This document shows, one piece after another, positions 53,547-64,000 of a stretch of DNA of 64,000 nucleotides. Source of the stretch: Epiperipatus broadwayi (Eukaryota > Animalia > Onychophora); contig JAQFVV010000009.1 in the NCBI GenBank assembly GCA_028023455.1, positions 8,060,001 through 8,124,000 of the forward strand, written 5' to 3'. Made by a program: the position numbers and the translations under genes. A model generated the notes under the pieces. The model worked only from the letters and a program-made list of their open reading frames with translations. It did not search any database and had not been told where the DNA came from. The stretch's first letter is position 1, and each line of letters begins with the position of its first letter.

Positions 53547-54026
53547 AATAAAGAATAGAAATAAAATTATATCCATGTAAACATATCTTCTAGCTTTTGA
53601 TGTCACTAAGAAACTATCAAATTACTAATAATTGACAATCCCTGAGGCTAAACCAATTTTCTCATTAATCCATAATAGCTCTTTTGTTGAGATAAAATAA
53701 AGTCCTCTTTTACTTCAAATCTAAGTTCTTATATGAATTTAAACCCAGAAAACTACTTGAAATTCTGCAAAAAATAAGACATTATTCTTTCACATTCTCA
53801 TCTATGAAAAATAACTTTTTTGATTGAAATCTATTAATAACTTGAGGTTGAAGTAAGAGGACTAGCTTTTACTTCAACAAAAAATTCCAACAACAGCTAT
53901 TATAGGTTATTGAGAAAACTTATTAAGCCTCAGGGATTATCAATTGGTAGTTAATAAGTTTCTTAGTAACATCAAAAACTAAAAATTATCTGTGTACATG
54001 GACATCATCTCATTTCTATTCTTTAT
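53547..54026. repeat. Foldback/MITE-like palindrome of about 480 bp
   Basis: Arms at about 53547-53730 and about 53838-54026, e.g. CCCTGAGGCT/AGCCTCAGGG, CTAAGAAACT/AGTTTCTTAG and AGAATAGAAAT/ATTTCTATTCT. Confidence 0.85.
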
Positions 54027-56149
54027 ACATATATTAGTGGGAAAGTATGTAAACTGATTATAACTTCCAGTTATCCAAAATGTAATTATATGCTTGTTAA
54101 CTAAAAAGTATCACATTTAATAACTATGTAAATTTTATCTTTTAGGCCTTAAAGATTCAAACCTATTCTGATTGGTGATCAGTGATTTTATAACACGGCA
54201 CAGCTGATAAATGGGTCTTTTTAAAATTGGATTTGTGAGCTTTGTATTACAATTTATAATTCAAAATTTTTAAAAAAACTCTCACACCTAATATTAAAAA
54301 CATTGAATCTATAAAAGCTTGACAGATTAAATATAGTTAGATATATTTAAAATTTCCAATCCTTCAAATATTCTTGAAACATGAATAAAGATATCTAAAT
54401 ATTTTTCATTTACATATAATGTTCAGAGATTACAAGAGTACTATATAATTTTCAAACTTTTAATATTGATTTTCTCTACAAGCAGCAGTTTAACAGAATG
54501 TTCTGCCAGATATTTAGTCAAGACTAATTAATTTACAACAAATAATCAATAGAAATATATCATCAGGAAGCACTGTATTCTTAATAATTCTGATTATCAG
54601 GATGTAATCAATATTTGAATGATTATTCATTTTTAATGTTATTAATATAACTGCTTCATATATATCAATTAACATAAACTAGATTTATTTATTGCATTTA
54701 ATCAGTGAGTCTATTATGGTGTATAATTAACAAACATTAGTTATTAGCTCAGATACTGAGACGTTTTATAATACACATACATAAAATTGCAAAGACAATC
54801 AGATCAGAAATAACCTTTCTAGAAACTAGGAATTATCCTTGTTGAATTCAATAGATTGGTTAACATATACATTCTCATATATAAATATATATTACTTAGC
54901 CCAATAGACAAATGAAAGGCTTGTTTCTAAAGTGTAGGATAATACCTATTTTCTTGTCTATGTTCCATAAGAAAATTGAATAAATATTATTTAGATATTG
55001 TGATAACACAACTAATATATATAGAACAGGTGATAATTAATACTAAGTAAATATTTATTTAATTTCAATACTATAATATTTACTAGCCTAGTAATAAATA
55101 TATAAAAAAATTATTATGATTTTTTAGATAATTTTTCAAATATCTCTGCATATAATTTTTTAAATATAAAAGTACATTGACTATATTATATTTAATGTAT
55201 CACAAAATTGACGCTTTTCCTTCTTCTGTCTTTAAGTTTAAATAAACACTTTTGCAAGGTCTACCATAATCTTTTATTTTTGTTCCTACTACTTAATAAT
55301 AATCTAATATAGCTTGATCTTACATTTGAACATATCTACTTAAGATTATTTAGCTATAATTATAAGTAAAATGTTATGTTGTTTGTCAGAAATTATAGGT
55401 TTTTCCACAGATTATACTAAGTAAAATTATTTCAAAATGTTCATCTTAATCTTTACTTTTATTTGGATATTTTCATTTACTCTTTTGAATATATAATAAA
55501 AGATCTGCACAATGTTTTTACTTTATATTTACCATATACTTAAAGCATTTTGTTTAACAGAATGAGGATGGCTTCTCATTAAAAATCACTGCATGTTTGC
55601 ATTAATTTTGTATAACTTTTTTCTTAATTATGTGTACAAATGTCATCACTAAGTGACTACAAGACAGTAATTCCTAATTATTAGCTTAACTTAGTTACAT
55701 CTTAATAACCAAACTTCACTATTTAAACTGTAATAGTTATTATGGTGAATAAAAATCAGTCCTAAACTTCAAAAGCGATGCAATGAAAAAATATCAAACT
55801 CTCAACACAGAGATAAACCTCTGGTTCACCAGATTATTTAAGGTTGTTTGTAAAATGTATCAGTAGTGAGAGAAGCTGGCCCAAATTTCTGTGCTATTGG
55901 ACAATTGTGACATAGTAGAGTTGAGCTGATAAAAATTAAAGATATAATAGTTACATTATTAACTTTGGAGAAGTTATATTACTAACTTTAGTTTTCAATT
56001 AAACAGTAGCAATTTCCAACTTGTAGGGTTATATTAACTATACTGTCTCTTAATAATATGGAACCACACAGAATTGGTATAGTTCTGTTCATATAAGATT
56101 CACCACTATGAAATAAAGATTTATTTAGTTAAAGGATTGGTTTTTTAAA

Positions 56150-56900
56150 GAGCAAAATTATCAAGAAAATAAGATAAAGAATCCTGTAGCATTTCCAACC
56201 AGAAGATAAATTCACTATTAATTTTAATTAGGTCCTTCAATTTCATCATTATAGTCTATGGTCCATAGAATGAATAGTCATTAACTATGTGGTTCATAGT
56301 TTGTGTTTACTCACATCTTTGTTACTAAGTATGGTCAAATTCCATTTATGAAACAAATAAGCACAATGACCTATGGATTATCTTAAATCTATTGAAGAGA
56401 TGTCAATAATGTTTACAGATCAAATCCAAATGATTTTACTGTAGGATCTGAAAAAATAAATTTAATAATTTCGTAAAAAGTTCATTTTTATGTCATAACT
56501 CTGATTGTGAACATCCAGAAAGAGGATATTGCTTTGTGAAGAGTCTTACATCGCAAAAATTATATCTTAAATTATTGGCAAATCTAATTATTTTAGCAGA
56601 TTTTTAAAATACTTTTTGTAACGCAGCTGCTCTTCTGATATCTAATGAAGGAATATATAAACGGATAGGAATCCACTGCAATAATGTGGATTTGAAGTGT
56701 GCCAATAATATTTCTCATGGTAATATTTAACCAAGTTTCCAGAAGTTTAGTGTGGTAACGTTTTCTCCAAACAGAGGCACAGAATTCACTATCGAATATT
56801 CAAGTGTAAAGTACTTACATCACAATGTCAAGTAGAAAGAGTGTTCTATTGAATTATTCAATGTGCATTTAATTGGTAAATCAGAAAAGTCTAGGAATCC
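56150..56900 (-). mobile_element. Decayed Ingi/Vingi-like LINE, region downstream of RT
   Basis: The minus strand reads EFCASVWRK.YHTK, LNITMRNIIGTL, WIPIRLYIPSLDIRR, LPII and QTMNHIVND. These resemble from memory EYCAPVW...HT / LN.TMR.I.GTL / QTM.HIVN.C of this clade. Confidence 0.6.
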
Positions 56901-56976
56901 CAGTTCCAGGCTAATAATATTCTATCTACCTAAACATCGTCAAAATAAAAAATATTTAATCTAAAATATACAACTG

Positions 56977-57087
56977 CTGTCTTGCATTGATGGTCGAGAG
57001 GTCAGTGCGACTGCCTTGCACTTGCAGGCAGTTGCCCGGGTTGCGGGTTCGCGTCCCGGCCGATGCTATGACCCTTAAAAAAAATAT
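56977..57087 (+). mobile_element. Short tRNA-Gly(GCC)-derived SINE or retropseudogene
   Basis: GCATTGATGGTCGAGAGG...GCCCGGGTT-GCGGGTT-CGCGTCCCGGCCGATGC (56984-57066) matches the ends of metazoan tRNA-Gly-GCC, with A-box and B-box. An A8 tail follows, and the 11-bp direct repeat ATATACAACTG flanks it at 56966-56976 and 57088-57098. Confidence 0.75.
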
Positions 57088-58069
57088 ATATACAACTGTA
57101 TCTTTATCCTGTACAAGTTACTTATTTTATGAAGATGGATAACAAAAAAAATCCTCACCCCAGAGAGGCTTACATCTTAGAGATAGCAAAGCAAGTACAT
57201 CTACAAAGGCAAATGCTATGCTTAGATTAAACAGTCTAGGTTCCAATAACATTGCAAGTTTAGCTTTATATGTGATAATACTATTTAAGATATACAAATA
57301 AAACAAATTATAACCAGAGATACATAATTTGTTATAATATGAAAATCTTTTTCTAATTATGATGCATCCTAATGTCATAATGAATTCTTAAAGTTTATGT
57401 TTTAATTAAATACATATTACAATCAAGTGATGGTATTTGATTGGGATATCTATTTCTTAGTCCCCTAGATCTAAGTTTGGTCAGAAATGTAAAATCAATA
57501 TTTATTAGCAAAGATCTCTCCCAGGTTGGAAAAATAAAAAAAACATTCACAAATATTGTCAGTGAGAACACTCCTTGGCATACTTAAACAACTATGGAAA
57601 GGTGTAAAATAAACATTTTGTTTTAATTGGGGTACTTTTAATGCATGTGTTATTTACAAAAACCAAACTGACACTTATATTTATATAGAAGGCAATTTAT
57701 TTTATCTATACATCTTTACAACCTGCTACACTGTAACTCTTCTCAGCTAGAATAAGAGTTATCAAGTAGGAAGAGTTCAAAAATTAAAACATGATTTGTT
57801 TTTTGTTTTTTTTTTATGTTTTATTTAGTGGTCATAAATAAAATAATTCCGCAGTGATTTAAAACAAATTATAGTACAGATTATGGCTATAAAAAAAAAT
57901 CATTGGTCAAAATACAGTATAAATCTATATATATGTAATTTTATACAAAATAATAAAAATAATAATAATGACCACATATGTGTGAATTTAACATTGTGGA
58001 GAATTTAATATAATTACAATTTGTGATAGCCAAATAATATTAAAAAAAAAAATTGCAACATTTTTACAA

Positions 58070-58350
58070 ATTTTGCATACATACATATATACACATTTGC
58101 AATACATATGTATACATACACACATATATATAAATATATGTGGGTGTGTGTGCATAAATACATTTATGAATAAATACATATAAACACGTGTATATACATT
58201 AAAATATTAATGTTATCTTTGTAATATATACATGCATATATGTACGTACACATCTGCAAGTATCTACAGTTATAATACATATATGATATACATATTACAT
58301 ACAATAAATGTATGTGTAAATATATATATATATGTACACACACAAGTATA
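58070..58350. repeat. (AT/AC/GT)n low-complexity microsatellite region
   Basis: Alternating purine-pyrimidine runs such as ACATATATACAC and GTGTGTGTGC. Confidence 0.85.
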
Positions 58351-59464
58351 TTTAGATAAATATATATAGTTGATCAGATTTTTCAGCTACATTCTTTTTT
58401 TTATTTTTTGATGTTTGTGAAAAACAAAATTAAATACAAATTAAATATATATAAACAAATAAGGTAAAATAAAAACAAACAACTGAGCAAATGAACCCTC
58501 TACTAAAGCACCTCAAGGTCAACCTTGAAAACCGACGATCTCAGGCTGCATTTTTATAAAAAAATCATGTGGACTTTGTATTAACACTGAGCCTACTGTG
58601 ATCTGGAAATCGAGCAGGGAGATGGGCAAGCCTAATGGGAGCAGGGCTACCAGTTGGCCATGCCAGGCTTATTCAATGTCATAAAATATATTTGGCACGA
58701 AGAACCACTTTTAGCCGATGAAAAAAATACCTAAGAGGTAAAATGAAAAAATTATATTTTACTAAAAAAGTTTATTTTTAATTATCATCAAATAAATTAC
58801 AATATTTACAAATATTCACATATTTGTTACTATGTTTGTTGGATAGTTTAATGTTTGTAAGAAATGTATTCCATAAGACTAATCTATATCAATCAACATA
58901 TGATTCATAGATATACCATTAAACAAATATTCATCCCTATTTATTTAATAATCATAACACATACTTTACATTATTTCTACATAAACAGTTTATTATATAT
59001 GAAGTGTCAAGCATAGTTGTTCAAATGTCTAAATACCATATATAAATATAAAACTTCAAAATATTTTATAGATAGACCAACACCCAATAACATATTTCAT
59101 CACACAAATTAATATTAACATAAGCCTAACAATTATCCACAGAGATAAAATTTATTAACAGATTCTACTTACAGAAACCAGAGATCACATAATATGATAA
59201 ATACCTAAATTAAAACTTCTCAGTATCATATGCATCATGTATTAATATAACAATTCAGCCCATCACAAAAGAATTTCTCAATTTTCTGAGTGATAAATGT
59301 AGTTATTCTAATATAATTCAGAAGCAATTGACAGTCAGAATTATCATCTTAGTGAAACATTTGTATCATAATCAGAATGGGCTTTTTGTAAAACAATAAA
59401 TAACCAAACATCAATGAATTATCTAAAACTGCTGTGTGCAGAATATGACAAAAATCATAAATAT

Positions 59465-62400
59465 TAATAACTTAGAAAGTAAAATTAAAAATATTTCAAT
59501 TAATTTGTAGAAATAGTAAAAACTAAAAGTTTTATTAAAAATAAAATCTAATCTATAGAAATAGTAAAAACAAGATATTCTAGTTAATCTGTGCAATAGA
59601 AAAATTAAGTATTTAATTAAAATGTACAAATAGATAAACTGCTATTAGATTACAGAAAACTAATTTGCTAAGAAGTGTTAACTAAAAATACCAACAATAA
59701 ATGATTTCAAAGAATAATAGAAAAGAATTATTAAAAAGATGTATTAACCAGAAAAAAGGGGCGAGACGTGCAACTTAGATAAAGAAGAATCAAGAACATG
59801 CTCAGGCCTTCATATCCAGTTTAATTCCTACTGAAAGGGGATCTAGGCAAACTTAGATGCCAACCTTTGTCTTTATTACTGTTTAGTATGCCTTAAGAGC
59901 TTATATTTAATCTAAAGATAATTATATGTAAATAATGTAAATATTCTTACATATATTTTGTGAGAAGAATTAGAATAATCTAGTAATGAAATATAATTCT
60001 AACATATTGTACTCTGAGAGATTTTTTTTAATTATATTATTTGATTCATATTCCTAGTTATAGTCACGATTGCATTAATTGTTGTAGGTCTGAACATAGC
60101 ATATAATTGCCGCAGTTAGACAGTTACGTGTAGAATGTGATAACAGTATTGAGATTATGAAAGCACAAATAATCAGTGAATTGAAATTAAAAAGTTAGTG
60201 AGAAAATGTTTAATAGACAAACCATTAGTGAGGAATATGGCAACAACACATTATACAAAACCTATAAATAAATATTTTATTGTTAACAACATTAAAGATG
60301 ATGTAAAAAAAATTGTCACATTACTTCTTTTTGGAAAACCGGGAATAACCGAGGTAGCAAACTGGTTATACAAACCCAAAGATCCTGAAAGTCTGCCTTA
60401 TATTTAATTAGTTCATCAATTTAGTAATCATCCTGAAAGTCTATCTTATATTGAATTAGTCAATCAACATAGTAATCATTTTAACCCTGAGCGATCAAAG
60501 CATATAGCTTGCCTTCAGTGAGAGAAAAGTTGCATAATTTCGACATTGCTATGAGAGACATTGGGGATTACACAGAGGAAGAGTTGCTACAAGAGTTTTT
60601 GTGGAGGAGTGAGCAACGATAGACTTTGACAACAGTTATTAGCTATCCCGGAAACTATCATATCTGAAGGCTGTCAAAAAAGGCAGATCCACCCCTATGA
60701 ATCAAAAATCTTCAGAAAACAAGTAAGGATATCAGGACGGTCTTCTGAAATATGAAAATATAAAATAACTGACAGCAAATAATGTTAGTAGTAACATATA
60801 TGTGATAAACCCATAGAAATGGAGATAATAATGCCAAGATATTTATCATATTACAGAGATACTAGTCTAAGTTAATTAAAATATTCAAAAACTAATCATA
60901 AATAAAAAAACAGAAATAAATGTGAAAGATGCCAATAAAAATCCCATTAATATTCTTTAGGTAGTAAAAGTAACGGTATCCATAAATAGCCATCAGGGAA
61001 AACTAAACCTATATATAGTTAAAGATGAAAACTAAACCTATATATATAGTTAAAGGTAAATTAAGTGCCTATAATGGATAGAAAATGGTTTGTTACTTTA
61101 GGCATTAAAATTTGCATGATAAATAAAATACATATTAAAAAAGAAATAAAGGCTAAATTCTTTAACCTTTTTCCGTGAAGTAAAGAAAAATTATGCCAAG
61201 CCAGATGAAACTGAGCTTTGAGAAGGTGCAAGCTGAAAAAAATACTTTTTGTACAGAGATCATTTGTCAAAGAGGCATTAAATGAAAGGCTATACGGATG
61301 CCTGTGGAAAATGCAGAGTGGGCTACACCTATAGTCATCAGAACAAAACAGAACTCACAAATCTATATATGCGGAAATTATAGGTTGACTGTAAACAAAT
61401 GTATAGCTGAAAATCCATATCTCATTCCTAACATTAGAAAGATATTAACTGGCCTAGATGAATCAAATTATTTTGCAAAGCTGGATTGAAACGCCATTTT
61501 TCATCAGAACTGCACCAAGTGCTGTAAATCTATAATTGTTTGCTGTTTGAGGTGACCATTGTCCTGAACATATTCCAATCGAAGATTGTTATACTATTAG
61601 AAGGATTAAATAGCGTGATGCAATATTATGATGATATAATCGTGACAGCAGATTTGGAGAAAGTGCTACAAAATTAATTAGATAAAATATGTGAAAGGTT
61701 AGAAAATTTTGCAGCCAAACTCAATCTGGGAAAATGTATCTGGAATGTATCAGAAATCAAATTTATAGGCCATATTATGCCAAATGCAGAAATTAGACGG
61801 GATTTCAAAAAAATTAAAGCAATTGTTAATGTACAAATTTCCAAGAATGTTAAAGAATTTCAGGCCTTTTTGGGTCTGGTTAATGTTTTTTTTGAAAATT
61901 TTCTAATGACAAATCTCATGTAGCCACTGGCTTATATGAACTACTTCGGAAAAATCAGCAATGAAGCTGGAAAGAGCCACAAGGAAACACCTTTCAAAAA
62001 AACCAAGGCATTGCTCATCTCAACCCACCTATTAGTCCATTACAACAATAACCTTGAGGTAACATTAACAATTGATGCTTTCAACTATAGAATTGGAATG
62101 GTACTCAGTTATCTATCACAGATTGGGAACTCCCCATAGTTTTTATGTCTAGAATGTTATCAAAGGCTAAAAAAATTAGAGTCAACTGGATAAGAGATGT
62201 TAGTTATAATAGCAGCAGATCAGAAATTCCACCAATACATTTACAGTTGATCATTTAAAAGAATTGAGAATATTTGCCAATAAGAAAGTCACTCCTAACT
62301 ACCTAAGTTCTTGTATGGTTCATTGGTACAATTTATTATCAGTGTACAAAGGTAGTCAAATAAAGCTCACAGACATTCTATCCAGTGTATGGGATTTGAC

Positions 62401-64000
62401 GGAAAAAAACATATAATGAAGTGGAAATAAAATTATTTGGACCATTAGAAGCCTTAAAAAGTAAATAGTAAAACTATTACCAGATGGATTCAAGTAACAA
62501 GAGGATACCAAACTTTCATGAAACTGGATTAGAGGGGGATGGCTCACCATATGACCTCATTACTTAAGTAAATCTTTATGGAGTATGCATCAACAAGATA
62601 TTAATCCCTATCTGTAGATCATGACAAAATTTCATCCAGGGGAAAATGGATATGGTTAAAGCAAAAACTTTAGCCTGCAGTTATGTGCATTGGACAGGCA
62701 TTAGGCAGACGTAGAAATATATATTAGAAAACTCAAACCACATCAATCTAACACAAATGCATTTCAAAAGAAATTTATATCATGACCAAAAAAAAAAAAC
62801 ACATCATGGAGTTGTGAGCATACAGATCACGCAGGTCCAGTAAATGGTAAAAAAATTTTTTTAGTAGATATTGGCTCTAAGTGGGCAGTATATAAATAGC
62901 AAAGAATACAAGTGTGGTGAAAACTATCTGCATTTTATATGAAATATTTTCATACCATGGGTCACTGGAAGTCAGGCAATGGGGAGTGAACTCATTTCCA
63001 AAGAATAGAAATCATTCTTAGATGAATGGTGGGTGAAGCATATTCATGCCTCTTCATATCATTCAGAATTCAGCAGGATTGCTAAAAAAGCAATGCACAT
63101 TTGAAACTAGTTTTAAGAAAATTAAATCATATGAACATAGATGAATATTAAATAATATAAACAATGCTTTCCATGACTACTGAAAAATCATCTGCAGAAA
63201 TACTTTATGGACAGGATATTACATAATAAGCTGTCCATTTTTGTGCCAGACAAAACAAAACCAACTACAGATTATAAGAATATCTATACTGCTGAAGAGA
63301 ATGTGTGGCTGCAAGACAGTCTATGTAAGAGATGGGTAGAAGGAAAACTAATCAAAGTTATTTTAGACCAAATAGTGTAAATATAAGGAGCATGTTACCA
63401 TAGGCATATAAATCCACATGTGGAAAAATTGGAGGGAAGTAAACATCTATGATGACATTAAAATTCCCGACAGAACAATTATTTGAAACTGAGACTGCAG
63501 CAGATGAAAACTATGCAGAGACACGAATAAATCTAATGAAACAATAGAAATTTCAGGTCAGCCAGTGATACAGCAGCCGCAAATGAATGTTTACGACTGT
63601 CAAAAAAAAAGATTCTACTGAAAGTGACAACCACCTGCCTATCTAAAGAATTATATATATGACTCCAGAGAAACACATGGTTCTCAGGAGTAGTACTGTG
63701 ACAGAACTGAAAATGTGAGACATGGGAAAATGCACACACACACAAATGTCAATAACTTGGCAAGTAAAACTAAAAGTATTTTAATTAATCTGTACAAATA
63801 GTAAAACTAAAAGTTTTATTACTAATAAAATCAAAATATTTTAATTAATTCATAGAAATAGTAAAAACTTAAGTATTTTAATTAATCCGTACAAATAGAA
63901 AAATTAAATACTTAATTAAACTGCAATTAGATTATAGAAAACTAATCAATAAATGTATTAATGAAAAATAGCAACAGTAAATGATTTCAAAGAACAATGG
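59465..64000 (+). mobile_element. Heavily decayed Gypsy (Mag / K02A2.6-like) LTR retrotransposon; 3' LTR runs off the window
   Basis: LTR-like direct repeats at about 59465-59720 and about 63745-64000, with internal tandem units of about 36 bp. Remnants include protease KPIEMEI, RT PVENAEWATPIV...ICGNYRLTVNK...YFAKLD and YYDDIIV (61624-61635), RNase H LTIDAFNYRIGMVLS and integrase DHAGPVNGKKFFLVD. LTR boundaries are approximate. Confidence 0.8.

Noticed and set aside
56984-57066. Functional tRNA-Gly gene
   Set aside because: The anticodon arm does not carry GCC in a 7-nt loop, the T arm has a 7-nt insertion, and an A tail with a flanking duplication indicates retroposition.
57988-58179. 63-aa ORF
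   Set aside because: It is a translation of the AT/AC microsatellite.

Overview
This is very AT-rich eukaryotic DNA, probably from an arthropod (inferred from the jitterbug-type filamin). The only host gene I can support is the 3' part of a jbug-like filamin on the + strand, with six GT-AG exons at 14136-14321, 14394-14498, 34077-34253, 34323-34472, 34564-34731 and 43905-44227. Its introns and flanks hold many transposable elements: a near-intact RTE LINE (1-2655), two Penelope-like elements (PLEs), a Gypsy element nested inside one PLE's reverse transcriptase, a Tigger transposon, a decayed Mag-like Gypsy, Ingi/Vingi-like LINE fragments, a KRBA2-like integrase remnant, tRNA-derived SINEs and several foldback elements. 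The most striking unexplained signal is a set of type I hammerhead ribozyme (HHR) cores in several unrelated non-coding carriers. These are a 461-nt-period element with a 5' inversion and 14-bp TSD (32921-33729), a tRNA-SINE family (12.5-13.4 kb), a hairpin element at 28.6 kb, a solo copy at 53.2 kb and a PLE terminus at 16.4 kb. The 15.2-16.2 kb segment looks like a sequencing artefact. All calls come from reading the sequence by eye; no searches or folding were run.
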